From assembly GCF_009914755.1 (NCBI RefSeq), contig NC_060926.1: 64,000 nt of DNA; one strand, given 5' to 3'. Origin of the DNA: the human T2T-CHM13v2.0 reference genome, Homo sapiens. The position numbers and the translations under genes are program-made. Positions 25,600 to 40,950 of this stretch are shown one piece after another (position 1 is the stretch's first letter; each line of letters opens with the position of its first letter). The notes beneath the pieces were generated by a model. The model had not been told where the DNA came from, ran no database searches, and saw only the letters and a program-made list of their open reading frames with translations.

Positions 25600-27060
25600 C
25601 CATTTCGAAGAAGGATAGAATAGTTCACAGTAGGGTAAGCCTTAACTAAAAACAAATAGAAAAATTAATTAATTACAAAAATAGCAAGCAGAACTTTTCA
25701 GAAGTGAGCTGAGAATCTGCAGTGTTCCCTCAGGGGCAGTTACTCAATCTCCACACAGGTTACAAGTTGCAAATATGGACTAGGCCCAGAGAGAAGGTCA
25801 CTGTTAGGAACAGGAAACAAGCAGAGCTTTTTATAACCCTATTGGGCTGGAGAAACAAAAATGGAGCTTGAGGGTTTTCAAATGCATGTACATTTTTCAA
25901 CTCTGACATTTCATGGATTCTAAAGCTGCACAAGATTTGAACAAAAACTTTGTGAAAACAGAGTGCGTTTCTTGCATGTATGCACTGTTCAATAAATAAA
26001 TACCTGCCAAGGGTTGGAGCAAGGGAAGGTACATGAGATCAATAAATGAGAGTTGAAAGTACTTGTAGGAGTACCAGTTTGACCTTGATCATCTCCTCAA
26101 CCTCTTTTTCCCTAGGTTCACTTAAAAATCTGAACGTATTTAGAGGGTGATAAACCAGGCTTGCACCTTGAGGGAAGACCATTGCTGTGGTACAGGGAGA
26201 AAAAAAAAAAAAAAAAAAAACCAGAGCTTTTGGCAATGGAACAAGGGTTGGTGTGACAAAATCTGAAACTTGAGGGACCTCTAAAGAACATGCAGTCTAC
26301 CCCTGAAGACATTAGTCAAAATCTGAAGCTACTCAAAGCAGAAATTGAAGAGGTAGTTCAAAAAGGACCAAAAAAATAGTTAAATTTTTGCAGTCCTTTA
26401 TTGCTGAGGAGACAAATATTTACAACGATTTCCAAGGAAAATCATGAAGGGCCACTCTCTCCAGGAAAAAGGCAAAGGAGAGATAGACTTAGTCTTCCAA
26501 AAATGGTCATGTCACCTTGACGTAACTCTTTTCATGGCTCCTTTAAGATTATCGGAGTAAGTTCCCACCACGCCATTTTATCTGGCTAGCAGAAGGAAGA
26601 GCAAAGATCTTCTCTAGACAAAGTGATCATCATCTGGAGCCTCTACCATTTCATATTTTAAATTCACAATGTCTTCATTCAACAAAAGTTAGCAGATATG
26701 GAGAAAGAAAAGATAGAAGCATGAAATTGATAATGTAAAGAAACAGGCACTCAATGAGTCAGTTTTTGGTGTTGGCAAGAATTCATTTGAAAATAGCTAT
26801 AATATTATGTTCAAGATTACAAAGGAAATAGGGGAAAAAGATGAAAAGATGGAAAACTGCAACTCAAAACAACAAAATAAATAAAACAATAAAATCAAAT
26901 GGAAATTCTACAACTGGAAACTGACATTAAGAACTCAGTGGATGGATTTAACAAAGAGCAACAGAAAATAGGATCATAGAACTTGAAACAGGATATTAGA
27001 AGATATCCAAACTGAGTCACAGATTAAAATTAACACAGATAAACAGAAAAGATGATTTAG
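25600..27060 (+). mobile_element. Old L1 (L1ME-like) 5'/ORF1 fragment
   Basis: aatcaaatggaaattctacaactggaa...aagaactcagtggatggatttaac...gaacttgaa...atccaaactga matches L1 ORF1 coiled-coil region; left boundary uncertain. Confidence 0.65.
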
Positions 27061-27265
27061 ACTATGGAAACAAAAGTCCTCAAAACAATTCAACAAGGGA
27101 AAAGCACATGATCTTTTTGGTTGAGTACTTTATTCCAGGCTTCAGTGAGATGTGAGTGTATTAAGATCAGATGAACTCTTTGGAGTTTGATGCACTTCAA
27201 ATATTTGTTTGCCATTTATTTAGAAGAGAGTCTGATAGCAGAAAAAGGTAAAAATAAAGATTACT

Positions 27266-27564
<299 letters not shown>

Positions 27565-28133
27565 TTACTGCTCAGCCTTTTCTCTTACAAATGAACAATT
27601 CAGCTTTGGCTCCAAATGTGCCCTCTTCACTTGACCCTATAAATGTCCTTCATCAGACTCATTTTTCTTGGAAAGATATTTCCTGTTGTTACTTGGTATG
27701 ACTTTTGTAATCTTATTTATCCAATGAGCTTATCAAAATATTCATTCAAATTACTTGGAGTATTCTTTCTGAGAAGCATTCTGATAATTACCAATTTCTT
27801 CACCTTATTACATTCTTAGTGAATTTGGAAATTTTAAATAAATTGATGGACATTACTTGCCTGGCCGGACCATCCCTCTTAGCCCAGTTTATTTTGAACT
27901 CAGTGTTGTTACATGGTCAAGCCGCATAAAAATTATATTGAGACTCAGCAGAGAAATAACTAAAATAATCACAGTTATAAAGTCTTTGAAGGCATCCAAA
28001 GAAATTGCTCTAAGCAATGGAAAATTGTAAGTTTTTTAAAATCTAAGGCTCCATGGGGAAATAGAGTGAGTAACATGAAGAAAATATTAAACTGAAAAAA
28101 AAGACACATCTTGAAAATGTCGAAGAAAAGTCA

Positions 28134-28500
<367 letters not shown>

Positions 28501-29289
28501 AAACCAATTTTTACAATACTGCTGGAAATGAGTGCATGCCACATTCTCTGGATATTTAGTTCCCATTTCCCCTCCCCATCCTTGTTCCTCTGTAATTCCT
28601 TTTCTGCATTTTTTTTGTCTCTTTAACTACAATTCCGATTTCCGTGTACATGGCCTGGTATGTATTCTAAACATACAGGCTTTGACTGGTCATGGGGACA
28701 CCTTTTTCTGTGGCCATTATCACAGTGTGTTACATCTGTGTTTACTGATATCTTTTATTCTCAAAAATTATGCTTCTTGGCTCTTAAGTATTTGCTGAAA
28801 GGAAAAAAGCGTAACAAATGCAAGTGAGCTCTTACAGTGGCCCAAACACATATCACCTCAAGGGGGCATTCAGGATTTATTCATTGTTCTTTCTTGAAAG
28901 AAGGTCCTTGTCCTGCCCACTGAATTGAGTGTCTGTGAACATTATAAAATTTGAAAATCCTGTAGTAGTCAGAAGTAGCTTTGTATTTTTGTTTAATTCT
29001 TCCATTATGATGGATGAATCTTAACACTTTAAGTGGGAAGCAGGTTGAGTGAAAAATGGAAATAGTAACCAGGGAAAGAGGAAAAGAGGAAACTTGCTTT
29101 ATGACATTAGATAAGTTGGGGTCTGTTATAGCCATTTATTCCAAACATGCAAAGAGTTATTTCTTCTGTTGACACTTAAATTTTAGGAAGATGTTTATTA
29201 TAAAGCAGTAAGGTGATATAATCAATGTTAAATAAAAGCAATTTATCACTATGAATATATTTTTCTGAGTTTGACAAATTGTAACACTC

Positions 29290-29930
29290 AGGGAATGTCT
29301 TTAGTTACAAACATCAGAAAATCAGTTACAGGTGGTTTAAACAAACATGGACTCATTTTAAGCAACTACACTGACATGATGGCTAAGCAATGTCAGAAGG
29401 AACCAGGCTTTTTCTAGCTCCTGATTAGCCATTATTATGATTATGGGGAAAGAAAAACCTCTTTTTTTCCTGCTTAGCATGATACTCTGCTCTTAACCTG
29501 TGTAGGCTGATATCTTCAAAGAAAGCATGCCCATTATCCTCCCTCATATTCCTCCCCCTAGAACCCCAACTTTAATTTCTTTATGTTTTTATTAGTAAAT
29601 ATAGGAGGAAGAAAAAAGATATAGATTATGAGCTTGTGATTACCATTGGAGTTTTTATTGTTATGCTTGCATGATGACCTCTGTATCTTCAGGTTTTAGT
29701 TCTCTTTTTCAGGCTGTATTAGAAGGGGAAAGATGGAAGAAGCTAAAAGGCAAAAGATAGGAAAAGATCTGCTTGTAAAAATGCTTGCTCAAGTCCTTTG
29801 CCCACATACACTCTGATTTGTACTCACATAGCATTGGCTAAAGCTGGATCACGGTTTAAAACCTTGCCTCCAGAGAAAGAAAAGGGAGAAGGGAGTATTG
29901 GGTGGCTATGGGGTGACTATTGTCTACCAC
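29290..29930 (-). mobile_element. Old MLT1 MaLR LTR (MLT1J/K-like), probably interrupted
   Basis: tttagttacaaacatcagaaaatc...ggtttaaacaaac, aggaaccaggctttttct, cattggctaaagctggatcac, ends tgtctaccaca. Confidence 0.55.
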
Positions 29931-30919
29931 ACTTATTTCCATCTCTTTCTTTTTCTAGACAATTACAAAAAATACTCATATAAAATTATAATGGATGAGT
30001 ATGATTAATAAGTAAATACAATATCAATGTAACAAGTAGTGTGAACCATGGCCATAATTGAAATAAAACAAATAAGGATTTAACTTGTGAAACGGAGATG
30101 AGCAATTGAACCAGTTTGTTTCCATATCTTCAGAACAAACTTTTATCTACTCGCCCCCAAAACAAACTCACCTTCACTTCCAAAAGTGAAGGGAAGGGAC
30201 AAGAAAAGAAGCAAAATTGAGGACATATTTTTTATCATTTAAATTCATTTAACATTCTATTATGCTGATTTTTTATTTTGATCATGAGCTCATAATCAAC
30301 ATTTTTCTTCTCCCTTCTTATGGTAATCAAACACTCTGGAATTAAATTAAACTTGACACTTTGGGTAGATGAATGCAATGACAATTTGTGTAACTCTTCT
30401 TGGGAATGTTAATCTATATAGGTGCAGGGCAACATGCCAAGTAGAAAAAAAGAGAGATTGTGTTTTGTTCTCATGGATAATAAAATTTTTCAAATAGGCC
30501 CTGATATTAAGTGAAAGAAGACTTTTGTGTCAAGGTAAGTGCTTCATTCTTTATCTATGTGAGCTCTGGTGTGGCAAGCGTGAGGAAAGCACTTTCAAGC
30601 TCTTCCTTAACCTTTCAAATAAACACAAAAGTTTACATCTCATCCCATTTGGTAAAAAATACAAATGAAGTTCAGAGAATGTTGGAAAATAATTCAAGAC
30701 CACATTACTAGTGAATGTCATAGCCAGATTTATTCTCAAAATCTGCTTAATTTTCTTCCAGTCATATGAATGTGGAGACTAAAGGTATTAAGCAAGATAA
30801 GGTTAGTGATTTCAACACTGGATTTACACAGACTATAAAAGTAGTTCTCATTTGGAGCTGTCAATTAAGGGATCTTGTTAAAAAATGAAGAAATAAAAAA
30901 TCCTAATAAAATATTTTAA

Positions 30920-30990
30920 TTTTTATTTAATCAACAAAATATTTATTGAACCCTTACTATGTGCCCATTACTGCAGAGTGCTAAGTAAAT
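30920..30990 (-). mobile_element. L2 3' end
   Basis: atttaatcaacaaaatatttattgaacccttactatgtgcc. Confidence 0.65.
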
Positions 30991-31524
30991 GATGGCCACC
31001 AGTCTGGAGATCTCATTTGAATCAAGAATGATTGTCTCTGAGGAATGCATGAACTGTCCTTACAAGCATCTCTCAGAAGGATTTTTCTATAAGTTGGCCA
31101 TTGATAGGAACTGAAGCTTAGCATTCTTATGATAGATTCAAACACTATAGGCTCATGAAGTGTATGTAGGTGGCCTGGTTAATTTTCATCTGTGAGTCTT
31201 GACATCTGAGCCCAGACTATCACAGCATTTTTTTCTAATGGAGATTGCTACTGACCACCCTAAAAAAAGATAACTGAAGTCTTTAAGCACAGGGAGTTGG
31301 CATGACAACTTTGGTAAGATCAGGACCCCTACTCAAGATAGGATTTTTGAAGTTTTGATTAATTTTGATAAATTTGACAAAATTAGTTTTTAAAATCTAT
31401 GTTGCTTAATCAGAGCAGTTGTGAACTCTGTTATCAGACCAGCTTAGAAGAGTCACAGAGTTTATGTATTTTGAAGGAAATATTCCAGTAGTATAAAGCC
31501 AGGCGTGTTCATTATCCATAATGC

Positions 31525-31740
31525 ATTTATTTATTCCACAAATATGTGCTCGCTGTTATGTCAGTAGGTGAAAATAAGACACAGTACTCTCATGAAGCTC
31601 TTAGTCAACTAGTAGAGACATGTGATCTGTTAAAATATAGTGTGCTGTGGTAGATGATTACTTAAGTGCTCTAGGACAACAGAGGAAGAGGCAATTATGC
31701 TGGGAGTCTTATAAATGGCTTCACTGAGTGGAGTCTTAAA
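31525..31740 (-). mobile_element. L2 3' fragment
   Basis: aataagacacagtactctcatgaagctcttagtc...aagtgctctagg...ggcttcactgag. Confidence 0.6.
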
Positions 31741-32620
31741 AAACAATTCTTTGTGAGAGTTTTCTTGGTCTTCCCATATCATCATCTGAAAACAAAGTTA
31801 AAAGGCTTTTGTCCATTTTCACTGAGGTAGACCTGATTCATGGTATTTTTTCCAGCTTACTTTAGCACAGAGGTGGAGTCCCAACTCTTGGTCATCTTAT
31901 CTAGATACTTATTTGTTGGATTTTTTTTTTTTCTTTCAAAAAGCATTCTATGAATGGTAACTTAAAATGATATAGTAGTTATATATTTTAAATAAATATA
32001 TTTTACACTTTTTTCCTAGCAGTTTCAGTACGAAAATAACCATTTTGTGATTTGGAGGGGAAAAAAGTATGTCATATCAGTATATTCCATGAAAGGCAAA
32101 GGTGACTCCAATGCAGTTCACCCATTGAGTATGCCCCACACCCACTCTAGGGTATAACACCCTCAGGCTCAGAAAACAAGTACTGGCTCTAAGATAAATG
32201 TTTTAATTTACTTATGTATTTGCATTTGCCTATTGTATATCTATTTACAGTATATATCTACTCTGATTTACTTAAAATAATCCAAAACCACAACATCAAG
32301 TTTTTCTCCCAGCCTTAAGTATCACCTAATACCAACTTGCAGAGCCATCTTTAAACTGATCCCTTATGTCAATGTAATGCAAAATTCTAAAATCCTTGAA
32401 TAATAAGAATTAATGCAAAGTTAAGGAGATTTTGGAATTAAGCAATTTATTTGTACAATGCCAAGGCTTGATGGAATAATGTTTTATTAACCACACAGGA
32501 AAGAAATATTACAGTTATCGTAAGTTGGATTCAGTATCTTGAGGGTCCATTTTCTTTGGGTGTGTAAAACTACCATCACATAAAAAGTATCAAGTCTGCA
32601 TGATTAATTTCTGAGTTGTT

Positions 32621-32676
32621 TGTGTGTGTGTGGGGGGGGGGTGGTGCGTGTGTGTGTGTGTGCGTGTGTGTGCGTA
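32621..32676. repeat. Imperfect (TG)n with G run
   Basis: tgtgtgtgtgtggggggggggtggtgcgtgtgtgtgtgtgtgcgtgtgtg. Confidence 0.9.
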
Positions 32677-33814
32677 TACCTGTAATTTAGTGAGATCTAA
32701 TTTTGGGTCCTCGTCTGAACGAATCATTCTGGTTATATGGAGGGGAAAAAACAATTTTCTACACACTGCTCAAAACTATCGATCCGCTGTTTATCAGGCA
32801 TTATGACTAAAGCTCTGATCCACCTTTCATTATGTTAGCCAAAAAATTGTAAAAGTTCATATAAATGTAGTTATTATTTTTGTCATTAAATACAAAATAT
32901 ATTGTGTTTTGATAGTGACATTTAATATCCCAATGCAATCATTAAATCTCTCTGTAGTTATCACCAACTAAATATTAGGTAATCTTAAACCAAATGTAAA
33001 TAACTAATAATTGTTCTAATCTTATGGATTCTAATAAAAGTATTCTGGGCACTTGAATGTTAAATTTATAAAAGAGCCTCATGGACCCAATGCAGAGTCA
33101 TCCCAGGTAGGTTATTACCTCACTCTAATTAACTTCAGTTCTTAATTATTGGTCGAAAGGGGTATCTTTAAGAGACTTAGGAGCCACTTGCACTAGCTTA
33201 GAGCAAGTTGATGCTTAGAAAGAGTGAGCTTAACTTGATGAAACTGCATTAATCCTCTTTTATCTTAATTGACCATTAGGAATCTTTTAATGGAATTCAG
33301 TTCTATAATAATTGTCCTTTCCAAGGGGGCTTGTGAGAGATTCCAATATCTCTCTGATTATCAGATCATCTTTCCAACTGGTTTCTAGAAATTGTGTGAG
33401 GTTCTGCATCAGCAGGTTTCATTTGTATTATTTAAAATAAAGGAAAATTAAGTTATATGTGGACTGTATTACCCTTTAGGTTCTATGTGACTTGGGATTC
33501 ACCAAAACTGCTTATACCTGAAAGTGACTTGACATTTTTCAACATCAGTATCAGTGTCAGTATATAAAGTGTAGATCGGATGGAATCCAACAGAATCTGC
33601 AATTCTATCATTCTTGCTTCAGTAACCATGCGTTTGTTGCTTTTCCTTATGGAAATTTAAAAAATTATCATTTCCTTTCTTTGACCATGTAGAAAAAGGA
33701 AACAAAACAATTCACTTACTTTTTAACCTGGAAGAGTTGAACTGTTGTCTGAAAAACCCAAATGTATTAATATCTTCAGAAATCAGCATCAAGTTTACCT
33801 TTAGAAATATTAGT

Positions 33815-34060
33815 TTGGTGTTTAGGTTAGTAGAAAGAAGTGACACAAGTTTTAGAGTTTGGCTGACCTGTGTTACCACCCCATGTCCAAAACTTATTTA
33901 CTGTGTGACCTTGGGCATTTCTGAATCTTTGTTTCATCTTCTGTGAAATATTAGTCATTTCCAAATTATGGAACCATTGTGATGATCAAAGATAGTGTAT
34001 ATAAACCCAAATTGTGCATAGCACCTGGCACATAACACATATTCAGTAAAGGTTAACCCT
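33815..34060 (+). mobile_element. MIR SINE
   Basis: ctgtgtgaccttgggc...tttcatcttctgtgaaat...gcacctggcacataa. Confidence 0.75.
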
Positions 34061-34419
34061 TAAAATATTATTATTAAAACAGTATATACTTTTTAAATAT
34101 GAAAATTTCAGGAAGTTTAGTACAAGCTATTGACATACATGCGTCCATTTAACCAGTTGTATCCAGATGTCTTTTCAGTAATTTTTATATTGTTTCATCT
34201 AAATTGTGTGAAACATGAAGTTTCCTTCAGGCAGTGTTTTAACAGTAAATTTATTTTTTATATTCTTTTTGAGCATTACTACCTTTAATTGCATAGAATA
34301 TTTTCATGCATAGATAAAACTTCGTAATATAAATTTTATTTATGAAAGTCAGGGCTTAAGATTTGCCAGAAAATTGAAGTAATTGATAAGAGTCTGAGAT
34401 GCTTAACCATATTAAATGA

Positions 34420-34890
34420 CCTAAATTCAAACTTCTTAATCTGTTATTCAAGGCCTTCTATGAACTAGTTTCATCCTCTGCTCTAAACTTATGTTCTACT
34501 AATCTGCTTCTCCTTATGTGGGCTGAATTTCAGTTTCTGGCATCACAGATTTTTTTTTATTCATTCAGGATGTAAGGCATTTTCACCCCTCTCAATATGT
34601 TCACATATTCATTCTGAAAGTTACCTATTACAGAAAGCTCTCCCAGATTACCTCAGTTAAAAGTGCTTGCCCTTCCTCTGAACCCCCATTTTTGTCATCT
34701 TTATATAGAGGTTTTATAAGATCTATCTTTCACATGGTAATATAATCATAGCCCTCATGTCTTATCTTTTCTATTATATTATAGTAAAAGTTCCTTGGAA
34801 ATGGGATCTGGGCTTGATTAATCTTTTGTGTAATTGCAGTAGTGAGCAGAGGATTTTGCACCTAGGAGGCACACCGTATATATTTGTTAG
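34420..34890 (+). mobile_element. L2 3' fragment
   Basis: aaattcaaacttcttaatctgttattcaaggccttc...gcacctaggaggcac...atatttgttag. Confidence 0.65.
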
Positions 34891-34970
34891 AAACTGGTCA
34901 TGTTTCATATTTTTCAGTTCAGGATAGTGTATTGAAATATGAAATAAGTGGTGAAATAGGTAACTGTATA

Positions 34971-35695
34971 CAGTACTTGCCCCCTGCCATTCATGGTTTT
35001 ATTTTTTGCAGTTTCAGTTACTCATGGGCAACCATGGTGTGAAAATATTAGGTGAAAAATTCCAGAAATAAACTGTTCCTAAGTTTTAAATTGCACTCTG
35101 TTCTGAGTAGCGTGATGAAATTTCCCAGCTCCTCAATCCTTTTTGCCTGGTACCTTAATCATCCTTTTGTCCAGCCTATCCACACTGTTGACACTTCCCA
35201 CCCATGAACCGTCTGTTATCAAATCTGTTGCTGCAGTATTTCAGTGCTTGTGTTTCAAGTAACCTTTATTTTACTTCATAATGGCCCCAAAGTGCAAGAA
35301 TAGTGATGCTGGCAATTCGGATATGCCAAAAGAGGCCGTAAAGTGCTTCCTTTATATGAAAAAGTGAAAGTTCTTGACTTTAAATAAGGAAGGAAAAAAA
35401 TTGTATGCCGAGGTTGTTGAGGTCTATGGTAAGAATAAGTTTTCCATCCATGAAATTGTGTAGAAGGAAAAAGAAACTTATGCTAATTTTACTGTTGGAC
35501 CTCAGACTGCAAAGTTACAGCCACAGTGCATGATAAGTATGTAGCTAAAATGGAAAAGACATTAAATTTGTCGGTGGAAGACATGAACAGAAATGTGTTC
35601 TGATTAATGGCAATCAGGTTCTCCATACTATACAGTTGCAGACATCCACTGGGGGTCTTGGAATGTATGCCCCACAAATAACGGGGGGATTGCTG
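34971..35695 (+). mobile_element. MER44 (Tigger7-derived TcMar DNA transposon, MER44C/D size)
   Basis: TA|cagtacttgccccc ... ggggggattgctg degenerate TIRs; internal transposase N-terminus remnant atggccccaaagtgcaagaatagtgatgctggc (MAPKCKNSDAGNSDMPK) from 35281. Confidence 0.9.
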
Positions 35696-36094
35696 CACTT
35701 AGTATTCCATAAAGACGTAGTGTGTATCTTCTCCCTATAGGAATTTTTAATGGCGCATACTTACATCAATAGCAATTTGTATTTAAATTTTTCTTTGTAA
35801 ATAATGTTGAGGAATGTAACCCCAATCAATATATACAATAAACGGAATACAAAAATGGAACTCCAGTTATAAAATACGTTTTATAAAAGGTCTGATGTCA
35901 ATGCAAATAAAGTAAATGTATTTTCTTATTTGTAATAACCAATTGGGGACTAATAAGCATTTTCATGGAGATAACAAAGGATTTTTATGTGTAATCTTTA
36001 ATGCTTAAATAAAAGGTGATCGTTGAAAAAGATTTTAATTGCATGCCAAACTGCCCAGAATCATAATGCTAAGTAACTGCCATACTCATTTACA

Positions 36095-36235
36095 GTGGGC
36101 TTTTTGGTAAATTTTGTAAATCTCCTTGAAGTACAGTTTGTTCATCATTTGAAGATGAAGATAATAGCACATAGCCTGCCTACCCTGTGTGTTACTGAGA
36201 GGATCAACTATGATTATATAAGGAAAGGAACGTTT
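36095..36235 (+). mobile_element. MIR fragment
   Basis: cagtttgttcatcatttgaagatgaagataatagcac...gttactgagaggatcaa. Confidence 0.55.
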
Positions 36236-36872
36236 AATTTCTGGATTTCTTATAAAATACAAATATTACAATTGATTATAATGCTTGTTTGTAGTCTTTT
36301 AAGAAAAATGGTTTATATATCTGAGCAAAGGGTTCATACACAGGCTGACGACACCTCCCCTGTGTTCCCAAGAAGATCCTTGTGCTCAGCGTGGATGTGT
36401 TAGAAAGCTCACAGATTGCATTGCATGCAGATAACTTAGAGCACATCTAGTACACCCCTGTTCCCTCTGCATCCAGCGTATGAAAACTTTTCTGGAAAAT
36501 GCTTAGGTATGCATGCAACAGTGACCCTTGGTCATCTCCCAGGATTCTGTATTTCAGTCCCCGTGGGGCAAGGGTTGGTGTCGGTCTACTGCAACACAAA
36601 GTGGCATGAATGCAGCCACATGTTCCGCATGGATATAGCCACGTGGGACCTACACATTGCAAGGAGCTGCATCTTGTGCCTACACTCCTTTCTCCTATGT
36701 CAGTGCTCTACCACTTGAGCCTGGTATGCATGTTGACTGTTCTCAGCAACCTCAAATCATGCACTGATCTCTTCCCTGGGTATTCCTTATCTGCCTTTTA
36801 ACCTTGGCTGCATGCATATGTTATTCCATCCTGTGGCACTACCTGACCACCTGGTGAAACAATATCATTTTC

Positions 36873-37207
<335 letters not shown>

Positions 37208-37786
37208 TCATTTTAAGTTTTGTCCTACTGGAGGTGTTTTTGTACAATCTTTCTTACAAGTTCTCCATGATATTGCAGATGGTATTCCTGTAGTTTTTTC
37301 TAAACAAAAATGAAATAAAGTATACCTCCTGACAATAAAAATAAGCCTTGGCAATTTTGCATTAATTACTCTTCATGGCATCAAAAATAAGAGAGAATTT
37401 TGCCTCAGAAAGCTGACATAGCTTTGTGAGAAAAGATGTGGTGTAGCAAAGCAACTAAAGTACACAAGTGTGTGTAGAGGAGTGGTCAGGATTGAAGATT
37501 TGTTTGATGTTCAGTGATGTTTATATTTCTGAATTTTTCATGTGTAATGAACAACATACTAGTAAAAGAAAATAAGATGGAATTTAAAGGGACTGAAACA
37601 TTTGGAAAATATGAAATGATTCAATTTTCTTTCTCTCTTACTTTTCGTGCCTCCCTCCATTATTTGAAACTGTTCTCATCTAAGTTTACTAACAAGGATA
37701 CAAAGACACACATGACCACTACTGTCTTTGCTTTTCACTCTTGACACAGGTAATAAACTAATGTGGTTGTGAATTAATAGCAGTGA

Positions 37787-38152
<366 letters not shown>

Positions 38153-38325
38153 TGTTTTTTTTTTTGTTTTTTTTTTTTTAAGTCCTTCGCTATTTGCTTC
38201 TCTGCATAATCAATTTATTAAGAGATATGTGAGCAGTTTGTTTCTACATTTGACATAGACCTGTCGATAGAGTTTGTGTAAGTATATTGGGAGCATGTGA
38301 AATAATTAAGATATCTCGAAACTGT

Positions 38326-38653
<328 letters not shown>

Positions 38654-40119
38654 TTACAATAAAAAACACCAGTAGTCACACTCAGTAACCTGAAAGAGTG
38701 TCCCAGAGAATGGTGAAATTGATAGATTACCCAGTATCTCAAAGGAGAGCACACTGAAAGAAGACATGTCTCATCTTCTGGGAGATTGAATCTTAGGATA
38801 ATGATAATGAGACATAACACTGTACATAATAAACCCAGTGTGATTTGAGGTGCCAAGAGATTATTGATAATATATGTTTAAAACAGAAGCCCTGTGGGGA
38901 AAAGTTAAGAGTGAGAAAGTAGAAGGGAAAGAGACCTATCTCTGTATTGTAAGTATGTCATATATTGACTGGTTTATTCAGTCTTGACCAAGCTATAACA
39001 ATCAATGGGTGTTCTACAGAGTTGCACGGAGATGGTAGTAAGGTAAACATAGTTCCTCCTCTTTTATTTCCTGTCTCAACTGGAAAAGAAAACTGAATAT
39101 ATACAGGATAATTGGGACACAGTTATTTCCTAAAATTGTATTTGGAGCTGGTGATTTGAGGTCTTGAGGTGGTGTATTTTAGGTACAAAATTAACAGCCA
39201 GGGTTCCAAGAGGAGAGTCAATAATTTTTTCAAGAGTGTCCACTAAGATTCAAACCCTTCTGCAAGTTGGATGACTTGAGCTTTTTCTAATATTGCCAGA
39301 AGTTGAACCTTAGTGGTATTTTTTTTTTCAGTAATCACTTTTTTTTTCAGATGGCCAAATGGCTGTTTCGTGACATTCAGCTATTTTTATATAAGCATTC
39401 TCAATGTTGCTGGGTAGGATATTCTCTAAAGTCTTGGGGTGTCTTATTTATTCAATGTATATACACAACTCAGCTAACAGAGCAAGTACAAGTATCATCA
39501 GGGATAATACTTTTTATTATGTAGTTTGTATCATTGCAGAATCCTAGTATGTTAGACAAATAACAGTATAAAATTTATATTATAAAATCATATTGAAATA
39601 TGTCAGTTTAGGAGACTCTTGAATGATTTTTCAATTTCCTGTACCTGGCTGAGTCACTTGGAATACCAAATACTTGCCTAATAGGTGCTGTGTTTGTTGG
39701 TTATCTGATACCTCCTAGAGTTTTGGGAAAGGAATTTAATGTTGCTGTTCTGAATGGTGAAATACAAATCCTCCTTTTTTTTTCTTGTGGTAATAAAGGG
39801 TGATATAAATATGGTTTATTTATGATCATTGTGAAATCTTAAGGAGCTAAATTCATAAATGTACAATGTATGGATACTAGTAGCATTTTCTAGTCCTTTT
39901 CTTGTTCTGTAAAGATGCTACCATTTTGCCACACTGACTCACCTGCGGGATGCAGTAAGTCATAAGGAAGCTTCTACCACTTATGTGTCAGCTCCTTTGT
40001 CTGATAAGCACATTTTAGAACAATATCCTGCCCAGGTTGCAAAGTTGTATAATAGCTTTCAGTTTTATATACTTCTTTTCCTGACTTATCATCAGACAGT
40101 AGTGCCATGATCTCTCTAA

Positions 40120-40950
<831 letters not shown>

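Noticed and set aside
35281-35600. Transposase-like coding start (MAPKCKNSDAG...)
   Set aside because: Frameshifted remnant within non-autonomous MER44; not a domesticated gene
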